Assembly: GCA_046483985.1 (NCBI GenBank)
Contig: JAWOCD010000092.1
Coordinates: forward strand, 38,455 to 102,454
Source: Promethearchaeia archaeon
GTDB lineage: Archaea; Asgardarchaeota; Lokiarchaeia; Sigyniarchaeales; SOKP01
Direction: 5' to 3'
Length of the DNA: 64,000 bases
Positions 9,270 to 19,524 of this stretch are shown piece by piece. How positions within the stretch are numbered: position 1 is the first letter of the stretch; the number at the start of each line of letters is the position of its first letter. The notes under the pieces are model-generated. The model made no database searches. It was given only the letters and a program-made list of their open reading frames with translations, and was not told the DNA's origin. Position numbers and translations under genes: made by a program.

Positions 9270-10553
9270 CTATTCCTTGGCATCATTTTTGTAGGTTTTA
9301 TTCTTTCTATTTACACCAAATTTACCAATTCCTATAAGAATTACTATTAAAAAAAATGTTGTTGTACAATGAAACGGAAAAACAGGATAAATAATAAACC
9401 ATATCCCCATAAATGCTAAATCCAAGAAGTTTAAAAAGAAAAAAGCGGGTTTAAAATAATTAGAAGAGATTTTTGAATTATGGGGTAATGTTAAAATCAA
9501 AATAATCAATAGGGGTAAAAAAGTGACAAGATGGTGGTTCCAAGAATCAAAATAAGATAACAATAATACAATCAACCCTAATAAATATCCGAAGATTAAT
9601 CTGTTCTTTCCAAAGTCACCAAATATATAAATTAAAAAAGCAATGCCCCCAACTACAAAAAGTATAGTAAGGAGGATAAGAAGAGAAGAATTAAATACGC
9701 CAAAAAGTAATAATACATTAATCACATTTCGAGTGATACTAAAAGAATGGTTCATTTCCACTAATGATGCTCTTGTGAGATTCATTCTGAGAAAGCCTTC
9801 CCAGAGTTCTGGAATAAGAATAAATAGAATTAAATTAGATAAAAGGGGAACAAGCGAGCCAAGAATGCGAATTAGACTAGTCTTTATATTAATGTTACAT
9901 TTCTTATTCCCCGAATTAAGCTTTATTACAGCGAGAAAGGGAACAATAAAAATTAGTGTAGGTTTAATAACAAAACTTGCCCCCAAGGTTAATGCTCCTT
10001 TTAGATTCCAGAGCATATCATCATACTTCAAGAAGATATAAAGTGAAAGCAGCATTAAAGTTGTAACGAATAAATTAATTTGCCCTAATACATAATTAAA
10101 CATCTGAGGCAACCCCATCAGGAAAAGAGAGATATATAAAATGAGTTGATCCCTCCGCTGTTCTTTATCTTGTTTTTTTACATACAAAATTATTTTATAC
10201 ATAAGAAGAACTGTGAGATAATTTAAGAATAGATTAGTAATATGAAAAACTATAAATCCCAATTCAAACCCTAAAAGATAATAGGGAATAAAAAAAACTG
10301 CAGCGAGTGGAAAATAACGGAACTGCCAGAGATAATGCTCTAAGTTATAGAGTTCGGTTATATTCTCTAAAAATAACCCCCCCGCTCTATAGTAGACAAT
10401 AAAATCATTGTTCTTTCGAAAGAATAGAAAAAGAAGAGTAATAGAGAGGAAAAAATAAAAAAGATGCACCAAAATTGCTGATTTAACGCTTTTTTTCTGC
10501 CATAAATTAGAGAAGATATGAGAGAGATTGGTGATCTTTTCTTTTATTTTCAT
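9270..10553 (-). CDS. GT87/DUF2029-like GT-C membrane glycosyltransferase
   Basis: NDFIVYY..G, FRYFP, GQIN, IKP and SWNHH motifs; polytopic membrane protein. Confidence 0.8.
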   Translation of the reverse strand: MKIKEKITNLSHIFSNLWQKKSVKSAILVHLFYFFLSITLLFLFFRKNNDFIVYYRAGGLFLENITELYNLEHYLWQFRYFPLAAVFFIPYYLLGFELGFIVFHITNLFLNYLTVLLMYKIILYVKKQDKEQRRDQLILYISLFLMGLPQMFNYVLGQINLFVTTLMLLSLYIFLKYDDMLWNLKGALTLGASFVIKPTLIFIVPFLAVIKLNSGNKKCNINIKTSLIRILGSLVPLLSNLILFILIPELWEGFLRMNLTRASLVEMNHSFSITRNVINVLLLFGVFNSSLLILLTILFVVGGIAFLIYIFGDFGKNRLIFGYLLGLIVLLLSYFDSWNHHLVTFLPLLIILILTLPHNSKISSNYFKPAFFFLNFLDLAFMGIWFIIYPVFPFHCTTTFFLIVILIGIGKFGVNRKNKTYKNDAKE

Positions 10554-10623
10554 TTTATCATCAATAAATATTTAATCTATCTTGTAAGATTTTTAAATAA
10601 AACAAAAAAATTAAACTTTTGAA

Positions 10624-12072
10624 ATGAGAAAAATGGCATTCATCAATAGAAAGCAGAAGGAAAAAACGACGTTTGGAGTAATCGTAGGAAATCGAGATGT
10701 GTTCCCGACTCAGCTTGCGAAGGAAGGGCGAGAAGATATTATTCGAGTCCTTGAAGATCTAAATTATAAATACATCATATTAGATGAGGGAGCAACAGAG
10801 TTCGGAGTGGTGGAAACTTATCAAGATTCAAAAACTTGTGCAGAACTTTTCAAGGAACATCAAGAAGAAATTGAAGGGATATTAGTTATATTGCCCAATT
10901 TCGGGGATGAAAAAGGGATATCTGATACTATTCGCTTAGCAAATTTAGATGTGCCTGTATTAATACAAGCTACATCCGATAAGATCGGGGAAATGGATAG
11001 AGTACATCGACGGGATGCTTTTTGCGGAAAAATCTCAGTTACCAGTGCTCTTCGGCAATACGATATCCCTTTTACGCTGACATCTCGTCATACATGTGAT
11101 ATCAATTCAGAAATCTTTAAAAAGGATATACAACGATTTGAAAAAGTATGTAAAATTGTAAATAAACTCAAAAATGCAAGATTAGGGCAGATTGGAACCC
11201 GGCCAGATGCATTTGAAACAGTAAGATACAGCGAGAAGATTTTGGAAAGAAATGGTATTACGGTTGAACCAATTGATCTTTCCGAAATTTTTGGACGCAT
11301 TCGCGCCTTGGATGAAGATGATCCGAGAATTGAAGAGAAAACCACCTTTATTAAAGATTATACCAATACTCAAGAATTTCCAGAGGAAGGAGTACTCAAA
11401 TTGGCAAAATTGGGAGTTGTTGTGGAAGAATGGGTAATCGAAAAAGAGTTAGATGGTTTTGCATTCCAATGTTGGCCCTCCCTTCAAGATAATTATGGTG
11501 TTGTGCCGTGCGCCGTTATGAGTATATTTAGCGAGGGGTTAGTTCCGGCAGCTTGCGAGGTTGATATTTCTGGATTATTATCGATGTTAATTCTACAACT
11601 CGCTTCTGATTCACCCTCCGCAATTTTAGATTGGAACAATAACTATGGAGATGACCCTAATAAGATGGTTTTATTCCATTGTTCTAATCTTCCTAACTCC
11701 TTTTTTAAAGATACTAAAATGACAGTTCACCCAATTATCTCAACTCAAAAAGGAGAAGAGGTTACTTTCGGTGCTATTCAAGGGCGAATAAAGGAGGAAC
11801 CGTGTACACTACTCAGAACGGATACAGAGGATTTCACCGGCGAGATGAAAGTCTTACTTTCGAAGGGAAAATACACAGATGATGAGTTAAACACTTTTGG
11901 TGGGTATGGGGTTGTTGAGATTCCAGACCTCCAAGATCTTATGAAAAAACTGTGTAGAGGAGGATTTGCCCATCATGTGGCGGCAACACTTAATGAAGTC
12001 GGAGATATCGTGTATGAAGCACTCAATACGTATTTAGGTTGGGATATCGAATTCCATAATCCAGAAGCCTAA
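10624..12072 (+). CDS. L-fucose/L-arabinose isomerase family protein
   Basis: NFGDE, DAFCGK, QCWP, ACEVD, FHCSN and HHVA motifs. Confidence 0.85.
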   Translation: MRKMAFINRKQKEKTTFGVIVGNRDVFPTQLAKEGREDIIRVLEDLNYKYIILDEGATEFGVVETYQDSKTCAELFKEHQEEIEGILVILPNFGDEKGISDTIRLANLDVPVLIQATSDKIGEMDRVHRRDAFCGKISVTSALRQYDIPFTLTSRHTCDINSEIFKKDIQRFEKVCKIVNKLKNARLGQIGTRPDAFETVRYSEKILERNGITVEPIDLSEIFGRIRALDEDDPRIEEKTTFIKDYTNTQEFPEEGVLKLAKLGVVVEEWVIEKELDGFAFQCWPSLQDNYGVVPCAVMSIFSEGLVPAACEVDISGLLSMLILQLASDSPSAILDWNNNYGDDPNKMVLFHCSNLPNSFFKDTKMTVHPIISTQKGEEVTFGAIQGRIKEEPCTLLRTDTEDFTGEMKVLLSKGKYTDDELNTFGGYGVVEIPDLQDLMKKLCRGGFAHHVAATLNEVGDIVYEALNTYLGWDIEFHNPEA

Positions 12073-12079
12073 TTTTTTT

Positions 12080-13180
12080 TTACTTTTTTCTTTTTATTTT
12101 TATTCTCTTTTCAAAAAATCCCGAGTCAATAATTTTTTGTTTCTCATCGCTCATTTCGACGAAGAACTCAAACGGCAAGTGGACAAGTGCATCATTTTTA
12201 TGTCGTTTCTGGAAGTCTAAGACGCGTTTTTTAGTAAGATAAATTGAATACTGGGAGACGTCTGTCCCTATCCATCGCCGATTTAATTTTTCTGCGGTAT
12301 ATATAGTAGTTCCAGAGCCACAAAAGAAGTCTGCGATTAGATCTTGTTCATTTGAGCCCAATTTCAAAATGCGTTCCAATAGTTTATGGTGTTTTTGAGT
12401 TGGATATCCCGTCCATTGACGGGAAGCAGGTTGCATACACGGGATTTTCCAGACGTCATCTAACTTTTTATCTTTCACGAACCGATATTTAACATGTCCA
12501 TCTTTATCCTTTATGTTTTTTAAAACGCCGTCTACCATTTTTCTTTTTAGTTGCTTTTTTGGTTTTTCCCGGGGAATCCGAACTTCGTTTAATTCATAAT
12601 CTTGTGTTTTCGAATATAGGAGTATATCATCATGGGCACGCGGTAAATTCGATTTACTCGCAGAATATTTATTATAATAATACCAGATAATAGTGTTAAT
12701 AAAATTATCCCTCCCGAAGATCTCGTCCATAATTAGCTTGGCATAGTGACTTGCGTGCCAATCCAAATGAATGAACATTAGCCCTGAGTCCTTTAGGAGC
12801 TTTTTCATAAGGAATAAACGTTCATATAACATCTGTAAATAAGAGTCGAGATTTTGGTGCCATTTGTCTTGATACGCCTCATCTATATAGGTCTTCTTTC
12901 CATTCTCTATTTTCAATTCATAATTCACACCAGAATAAAAAGGAGGATCTATATAAATCAGATCAATTTTTTCCTCACATTCCTGTAAAAGAAAACGCAA
13001 TACTTCAAAATTATTCCCCCAAAATAATTTATTCTTCCATTTGGTAGGAAATAGTTGAGTTTGTTTCCTCTTTTGCGTGATTTGATATTTTTTTACTTTT
13101 TTAATCTGGCAAGAATACCCAGAGTTCAAATCATCCAAATTATTTTGCAAGTCCTTCTTATCCCAGTTTAAATTGACCAT
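12080..13180 (-). CDS. Site-specific DNA methyltransferase (N6-A/N4-C, beta class), orphan
   Basis: IYIDPPF (motif IV) precedes YPTQK and DFFCGSGTT (motif I). No restriction gene is adjacent. Confidence 0.88.
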   Translation of the reverse strand: MVNLNWDKKDLQNNLDDLNSGYSCQIKKVKKYQITQKRKQTQLFPTKWKNKLFWGNNFEVLRFLLQECEEKIDLIYIDPPFYSGVNYELKIENGKKTYIDEAYQDKWHQNLDSYLQMLYERLFLMKKLLKDSGLMFIHLDWHASHYAKLIMDEIFGRDNFINTIIWYYYNKYSASKSNLPRAHDDILLYSKTQDYELNEVRIPREKPKKQLKRKMVDGVLKNIKDKDGHVKYRFVKDKKLDDVWKIPCMQPASRQWTGYPTQKHHKLLERILKLGSNEQDLIADFFCGSGTTIYTAEKLNRRWIGTDVSQYSIYLTKKRVLDFQKRHKNDALVHLPFEFFVEMSDEKQKIIDSGFFEKRIKIKRKK

Positions 13181-13223
13181 CTTATCTATGTTATGTTTAG
13201 AACTTAGACTATTTAAATTCTCT

Positions 13224-14480
13224 TTACCAATAATTTTTCGAATTTACTAAAAAGCCCTTAGAATCAAATTTTAATGATTCAGGATCTGAAGAAAAGCTTA
13301 AAGTATCCTTTTCCCTAACTTCTTCAAAAAAAGCCTCTGAAACAAGCATTTTATTTAGTTTAAGAGTATTCTTAATCCAAACCATCTTTAGACCTTTTAT
13401 GTAATTTTTTCCCTTCAATTTCACAATAGATTCCATTACAGCTCGATCTGAGTCTAAAAAAACCGGAAGTTTAGGGGAGTCCGTTCTGAAGGCGGTTAAA
13501 GCATTCATATATGTTTGCTCAAAATCAATTTTGTTAACCAATCGTTTCGTAGTAAAGTCCGCTAAACCAATACCTTGAGCATTTCCATGTGTTTGTTCTG
13601 TAAGATCTCGTACAAATAGCCATAGAACTTTATTGGGAGAATTGGGTTTTCTGCCTGTTATCATGGAATTCATTCCTGTTCCAAATATTTCCTTTCCCAT
13701 TTCATCCACGATTAATAATTCAATCTCTCGAAATGGAAGATGTGCCATAAGGTGTTTAGATTTCTTAAAAAGATCTGGTTCCTTAGTTGCAAACTCATGA
13801 GGAGCAAGAGCAATAATATCGGCAATTCCGTGATTTGCATTTTGAATAATTCCTAAACCACACCGTATGGGAGCATTTTCCAACACTTGTTCTCGAATTG
13901 AATTAACTATCGTAGACCAAGAATATTGGTTGATTAACCGATGATATAATTGTGCTCCCTTATGTTTTCCTAAACCAATTAAAGCCATTTTGCTTAAACC
14001 GCTTTCAACCTTGCCAACAAACTTAGAATGGGATTTAACGCTATTGACGAGAATAATATGGTCTGCTCCAGCAGCATATTGATCTATGTATATCGGAGTT
14101 CCAAATTCACTTGTCCCGATTATTTCTACTTCCATTGTAGTTCTAATCGGACATCCAATCGATTCTTCCGTGATTCCATAATCTGCTAAAATTCGGCGTT
14201 GACCCACTGCAGTACCTCCTCCATGGCTTCCCATTGCTGGAAAAATAAATGGACGGGCATTTAATCTTTTAATATAATCGACAATTGTTTTTAAAATTAG
14301 GGCTTGATGTTTGATTCCACGGGAACTTCCCGTAATGGCAACTTGTTGATGGGAATGAATCGTCTCTTTTAAGCCACATTTGGTGAGTTCTGATTGAACC
14401 GAATGCTCAATTTTTTCCAAGGTGGGAGAATTAAATTTTTGGTGAATGCACCGAATGTTGGGAAGAGATAGAGGATTCAT
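13224..14480 (-). CDS. LarA-like (DUF2088) nickel-pincer racemase/epimerase family protein
   Basis: SRGI, PAMGSHGG, VKSH, ESGLSKM..IGLGKHKGA..H motifs. Confidence 0.75.
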   Translation of the reverse strand: MNPLSLPNIRCIHQKFNSPTLEKIEHSVQSELTKCGLKETIHSHQQVAITGSSRGIKHQALILKTIVDYIKRLNARPFIFPAMGSHGGGTAVGQRRILADYGITEESIGCPIRTTMEVEIIGTSEFGTPIYIDQYAAGADHIILVNSVKSHSKFVGKVESGLSKMALIGLGKHKGAQLYHRLINQYSWSTIVNSIREQVLENAPIRCGLGIIQNANHGIADIIALAPHEFATKEPDLFKKSKHLMAHLPFREIELLIVDEMGKEIFGTGMNSMITGRKPNSPNKVLWLFVRDLTEQTHGNAQGIGLADFTTKRLVNKIDFEQTYMNALTAFRTDSPKLPVFLDSDRAVMESIVKLKGKNYIKGLKMVWIKNTLKLNKMLVSEAFFEEVREKDTLSFSSDPESLKFDSKGFLVNSKNYW

Positions 14481-14482
14481 AA

Positions 14483-16306
14483 TTACATATCAATAAGATC
14501 ATTTAAATCTAATTCGGTTAATTTCTGATCAGTGGGAATCCCATTTGAACTCCAACCCATAATATCATAATATTGATCTAAAAGAGCATCCAATTCCACT
14601 TTCTGACCCTTGGAGGGTCCTTTTGGCATAGGTTCTTCGAGAAAGCGCTTGGGTAATGTGTCATCTTTTCTATCCAATCCCAATTTGACATTATACATAC
14701 GTTCCAAATTAATAATGCGTTCTGCCGCCCTATTAAGATAATCTACATCCACTTGCATCCCAGTCACCGCCGAGTATGCTTCAGCTTGATCAGCAAGAGT
14801 AAATCCAGCTCTCATAGTGGAACATAAAGCAATCGAGTCAACCACCGCCATACTGAACTGATGCTCCCGTTCTAACTGTCCTTTACCTTTTATTTCAAAT
14901 CGATTACCCATCGCAAGTTCATTCCCAAATGTGGTTGCTAACATATGATGCGCCCCTTTGGGGGATGTTGCATAGGTAAGAGCCATTGCCTTTGCCCCGC
15001 GAGGGTCATAGACAGGAAATGATTGGCCTTTCGAATGAATGGCCAATTCTTCAGTTCCCAGCTTTTCAGCGGCAGCAGCTACTCCTTCTGCTAAAATATC
15101 ACCTAATCCCTCTCGGTGGCAGATCTGAGTAAGCAAGGTAAGCAATGCTTTTTTATTACCAAATTCTAATTTTAGCCCTCCAGTATCTTTATCGGTGATT
15201 TTACCTTTCTCGTAAGCTTCCATTGCCATAGACACGCAAGCTCCTCCATTGATGGTATCGAATCCACATCTATCACAGATATCTGTTGCCTTTAATAAAG
15301 TTTCCCAGTCGCTTATCCCACAATTTGAACCTAACATACCAATAGTCTCGAATTCTGGCCCCTCCATGAGATATTTCTTTCCCTCTTGAGTCGTAATTGC
15401 TGTTCGTTTTCCGCATGCTATGGGACATCCAAAACATGAAGCATCTCCCACTACAATCTGTTCCCTCATAATTTCTGCTTCTAATTTATCTCCGTCCTCA
15501 AAAAAACCTTCTTGGAAGTTACGAGTCACCCAGAAGCCCGCACCATTGATCCGCTCAACAAGTTCAGGAGTGCCATATTGACGTCGAACCTTTCCGCCTC
15601 CAGAATTTCGTAAATTGTTAATTAATCGTTTTGATAATTCGACTACTTTATCTGGTTTGGCAACACGAACATCTTGGGTTCCTCGTATGGCAATTGCTTT
15701 AAGATTCTTTGAACCCATAACCGCTCCACTTCCTCCTCGACCAAACTCTCGATACCTAGAAGATGTAATACAAGCGTAGCGAACTAACTTTTCTCCTGCG
15801 GGTCCTATACACGCAGTTTTGATGGATTTATCTCCCCCCAACTCATCTCTTATTTTTTCCTCAGCACTGGGAATATTATCACCCCAAATCTTATTTGCTG
15901 GGAGAATTTGAATATCTTCATCATCAATCCATAAAAACACAGGCTGTGTTGCCTTTTCCTCAATTATTAATCCATCATATCCCGCAAATTTCAAGGCAGG
16001 TCCATAATGCCCTCCACATAATGAATAAGAATAAGTATGGGTAAGGGGAGATTTAAAACTTAAGCAGAATTTATTATTACCCGGTATAAGAGTGCCTGCA
16101 AGCGGGCCATTCATAAATATGAGCTTATTCTGCAAACTTAGACCCCCTACCTTTGGGGGTACCTCCCGAAAAAGATAGTATGCACCTAAACCTCGTCCGC
16201 CTAAAAAATTTTCATATAAATCGGGCTGAATTGCTTCCACAACTGTTTCTTGAGTTGATAAATTTACACGCAATAATTTACCAGTCATTCCTTTGTAGGG
16301 AGTCAT
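14483..16306 (-). CDS. Tungsten aldehyde:ferredoxin oxidoreductase family protein
   Basis: FLGGRGLG, KSPLT, GPAGE, GRGG.GAVMGSKNLKA, C..CPIAC, EGPEFET, DPRG. The start is placed at the second ATG after an SD-like GAGGTTGA (ORF track starts at 16324). Confidence 0.92.
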   Translation of the reverse strand: MTPYKGMTGKLLRVNLSTQETVVEAIQPDLYENFLGGRGLGAYYLFREVPPKVGGLSLQNKLIFMNGPLAGTLIPGNNKFCLSFKSPLTHTYSYSLCGGHYGPALKFAGYDGLIIEEKATQPVFLWIDDEDIQILPANKIWGDNIPSAEEKIRDELGGDKSIKTACIGPAGEKLVRYACITSSRYREFGRGGSGAVMGSKNLKAIAIRGTQDVRVAKPDKVVELSKRLINNLRNSGGGKVRRQYGTPELVERINGAGFWVTRNFQEGFFEDGDKLEAEIMREQIVVGDASCFGCPIACGKRTAITTQEGKKYLMEGPEFETIGMLGSNCGISDWETLLKATDICDRCGFDTINGGACVSMAMEAYEKGKITDKDTGGLKLEFGNKKALLTLLTQICHREGLGDILAEGVAAAAEKLGTEELAIHSKGQSFPVYDPRGAKAMALTYATSPKGAHHMLATTFGNELAMGNRFEIKGKGQLEREHQFSMAVVDSIALCSTMRAGFTLADQAEAYSAVTGMQVDVDYLNRAAERIINLERMYNVKLGLDRKDDTLPKRFLEEPMPKGPSKGQKVELDALLDQYYDIMGWSSNGIPTDQKLTELDLNDLIDM

Positions 16307-16307
16307 C

Positions 16308-16796
16308 TTATTTCTCAACCTCATGAGACATTTTTTTTGCTAATTCATCGGTATAAACAGATTTATATATATTTGCAGCTTTCCCTGGTTCTAAATACTG
16401 AATTGCATGTTCCGGACAATTTTCTACACACTCCGGTGATCCACCACAGAGATCACATATTAAAATATGATTTTCAGTAGGATATATAGAAGGAGCTGCA
16501 TATGGACATTCCTCGATACATTTACGGCAGCCTATACAGTTCTCTTTCTTAACTCGAATAGATCCCTTTTTTTTATCATGAACCAACGCATCAAACTCGC
16601 ACGCTTGAATACATGGTGCATCAGAACATTGATGACAATATACAGCGAAATCCATTTGGGCGGCATCGTCACGAAAGATTCGAATACGCGATTTTGCGGG
16701 GTTTGTTATCCCAAAATGAGCCATAGAACAGATCTGTTCGCATATCCGGCATCCTATACACTTTTTTGGTTCAAATACTAAGACTTTTTGAGTCAT
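16308..16796 (-). CDS. 4Fe-4S dicluster protein (AOR electron-transfer subunit)
   Basis: Four Cys clusters (CIGCRICEQIC, CHQC..APC...C, CIGCRKCIEECP, CDLC..P.CVENCP); directly upstream of AOR. Confidence 0.9.
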   Translation of the reverse strand: MTQKVLVFEPKKCIGCRICEQICSMAHFGITNPAKSRIRIFRDDAAQMDFAVYCHQCSDAPCIQACEFDALVHDKKKGSIRVKKENCIGCRKCIEECPYAAPSIYPTENHILICDLCGGSPECVENCPEHAIQYLEPGKAANIYKSVYTDELAKKMSHEVEK

Positions 16797-17049
16797 TTAA
16801 ATCAATATGGCAATTATAATTAATTCAAATGAATAAATAATACGAGGTATTTAAAATATAGGAAGTTTTAAAAAAATAAAAAGTATACTTGATTTTAGCA
16901 GAAACCTAAAATGATTATAGAAAGTAAATAACAAAAATTTAAAAAGGAAATCAAGATCTTCTTTACTAGATTAATATTGGAATTAAATTATAATAATGAC
17001 CAAAGAAAATTTTCTATCCTTTAATTTTTTATAAGGAGGGTCTAACTGA

Positions 17050-18600
17050 ATACAATCCATAAATGATGCTGAGGAGTTAAAAAAAAAACGGCAAGAAGTA
17101 GAAAAAGAATATAGATCCTTCCTAGAAAATTTTGAGGGTATTGCCTTCAAGGGTTATAAAGATTCTTCAGTAGACTTTCTAACGGGGAATGTAGAAGAAA
17201 TTACGGGATATACAGAGGAAGATTTTCTTTCAAGAGAAATCAGCTTCCCCCAGTTGATTGTACCAGAAGATCGTAATCGGGTCCAAGAAGATATTAATAA
17301 ATTTATGTCATCCTCAAGGAAAACTGATAAACGAGAATTTAGAATTCGTGATAAATATGGGGATATTCACCACATTCGTGAGCGGGTTAGTAAAAAATAT
17401 GAAAAAGAACAACAAAAGAAATATGTATATGGGACAATCCAAGATATCACCCAATATACAGAAGTCAAAAGAGAATTGGAAACGCATAAGAAATATTTGC
17501 AAAGATTAGTTGATGAGAAAACTAAAGATTTAAAAATTAAAAATCAGGCACTCGATGCCTCATTGAATGCAATTGCTATTACAGATATGGAGGGAGATAT
17601 AACCTATGTTAATTCGGCTTTTTTAAGTCTATGGGGATACCAAAATAAGGAAGAAGTAATTGGAAAATCCGGAATTGAATTTTGGGGTAACAAAGAGAAG
17701 ACTATAAGCGTATTTAGGAAGACCCTTAAGGAAGGAAAGTATAAAGGAGATTTTTTGGCTCTCAAGAAAGATGGAACCAAAATGTCAGTGGATTTAAAAA
17801 CAAGCTTAATTTTAGACGATGAGGGAAAAAAGATGGGGATAGTCGGTTCATTTAATGACATTACAAAACATATAAAAATGCAACAAAAGCTGAAAAAGGA
17901 AAAAAATCATTCTGAATTTTATAAAGATTTGCTTGCCCATGACATGGGAAATATCCTCAATAATATAAAATCCTCTTTAGATCTTATGGAGTTATATAAA
18001 AATAAATCCAAAAACGGGAAGAAAACAGAAGAATTCATGGAAATCCTCCAAAAACAAGTAAAAAGAGGGATAAATCTTATTAGAAACGTAAGAAAACTTT
18101 CTGAAATTGAACAACAGGGACAGAAGATACAAGATATTAATGTGGTCGAAATCCTTCAAGAGGTAATTGAGAATATCCCAAGACAATTTCATGGCAAAAA
18201 TGTTGAAATTCAAACTAACATACCCGACAAGGATTTAATGGTCAAGGGGGGCACCTTACTGATAGAAGCCTTTGAGAATATTTTAAATAACGGAATTGTA
18301 CACAATGACAAGGAAAAAATAAAACTCTGGGTTGAGGTATCAGAAGTGCAGAGAAATCAAGAAAAATTCGTAAAAATGGAATTCAAGGACAATGGAAGGG
18401 GGATAAATGATCAAAGAAAAGAATATATTTTTCAAAAGAATTACAAACAAGCCAAAAGGAAAGGAGGAATGGGCATAGGATTATCCTTGGTAAGAAGAAT
18501 TGTGGAAGGATCTGGAGGGGAAATCGCTATTGAGAATCGAGTCAATGATACCATCCAGAAAGGAAGTAATTTCATTCTTCTTCTAAAAAAGAGTAACTAA
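17050..18600 (+). CDS. PAS-PAS sensor histidine kinase
   Basis: H-box LAHDMGN, N-box ENILNN, DNGRG, GMGIGL. The frame is open upstream of the ORF-track start (17254) to ATA 17050 and encodes the first half of the PAS domain. The start codon is uncertain. Confidence 0.85.
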   Translation: MQSINDAEELKKKRQEVEKEYRSFLENFEGIAFKGYKDSSVDFLTGNVEEITGYTEEDFLSREISFPQLIVPEDRNRVQEDINKFMSSSRKTDKREFRIRDKYGDIHHIRERVSKKYEKEQQKKYVYGTIQDITQYTEVKRELETHKKYLQRLVDEKTKDLKIKNQALDASLNAIAITDMEGDITYVNSAFLSLWGYQNKEEVIGKSGIEFWGNKEKTISVFRKTLKEGKYKGDFLALKKDGTKMSVDLKTSLILDDEGKKMGIVGSFNDITKHIKMQQKLKKEKNHSEFYKDLLAHDMGNILNNIKSSLDLMELYKNKSKNGKKTEEFMEILQKQVKRGINLIRNVRKLSEIEQQGQKIQDINVVEILQEVIENIPRQFHGKNVEIQTNIPDKDLMVKGGTLLIEAFENILNNGIVHNDKEKIKLWVEVSEVQRNQEKFVKMEFKDNGRGINDQRKEYIFQKNYKQAKRKGGMGIGLSLVRRIVEGSGGEIAIENRVNDTIQKGSNFILLLKKSN

Positions 18601-18858
18601 AAGCCAATTTTCACTCATGAAATAAAATTCCCGACATTCATTAGTCAATTTCTCTAAAAATTCTAGTTCTTGCGATATTTCCGCTTTTAGAATTTTAAAA
18701 ATTATCGTTTATTGTAATCGCCTACCTTGTTATTTTATTATTTTCTTCATAGATTCTGAGACCAATTCCTTGGTGATTAAATGATTTATGTTTGGTATTA
18801 AGGGAATAATAAGTAAAATTTAATAGGATCTAAAATTGGAAATAGAAACACAATATTT

Positions 18859-19416
18859 TTGTCGGTGATGGAAGAAATGAGTAATGATAAAACCACCAAA
18901 GAGAGTATAAAAAAGGAACTATTTCTTGAAAATTTTGAAGAACTTTCACTTAAAATCGAGCAATTGACTGATGAGGTCACTCAAATCAAGCACAAACTGG
19001 ATAAGAAGAATAAAATTAACCGCTCATTTGGGTTAAAGGCTTTACGGAACTCTGAACCATTAGAATTTGTGAGGGATGTCCCTGGAATTGGGAGTCCCAC
19101 TAAAAATTATTATTTATCTTTTCGGGCAATTACCGAACAATGGAAAGGGCGGAAAAATGATATATTGATTACCATTAGACAAGAAGATAAACAGTCTCAA
19201 AAGGATATTAAAGCATTGGGAATTCGAATGCCGATCAAAGATATAAAAAATATCAGAATATTAACCCGAGAAATCATCTCGTTATTATACGTGGCATGTC
19301 AACTGAAGGGTATTGAAATTAATGAGTTTCTACGGGAAATTCTTCAGCAAATCAACGAAGAAGGGGAGAGTATGGTTAGGGAGATAAAGAATAAGATGAA
19401 TTTTGGGGGGTATTAG
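18859..19416 (+). CDS. Hypothetical protein: coiled coil + possible PC4/whirly-like ssDNA-binding domain
   Basis: N-terminal heptads; ILITIRQ...KALGIRM..KDI..I pattern resembles PC4 (IDIR...KGISL). Confidence 0.5.
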   Translation: MSVMEEMSNDKTTKESIKKELFLENFEELSLKIEQLTDEVTQIKHKLDKKNKINRSFGLKALRNSEPLEFVRDVPGIGSPTKNYYLSFRAITEQWKGRKNDILITIRQEDKQSQKDIKALGIRMPIKDIKNIRILTREIISLLYVACQLKGIEINEFLREILQQINEEGESMVREIKNKMNFGGY

Positions 19417-19524
19417 ATTTTTGGAGCTTTTCATGCAATACTAAATTTCAAAATTAAGAAATTTCTCAATTTTTAAAAATTATAATCATATTCATTTATT
19501 ATTGAGATTCAATAAATTAAAAAA

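Noticed and set aside
17047-17049. In-frame TGA upstream of the kinase as possible selenocysteine
   Set aside because: No redox-motif context or recognisable SECIS, and the upstream sequence does not look coding.
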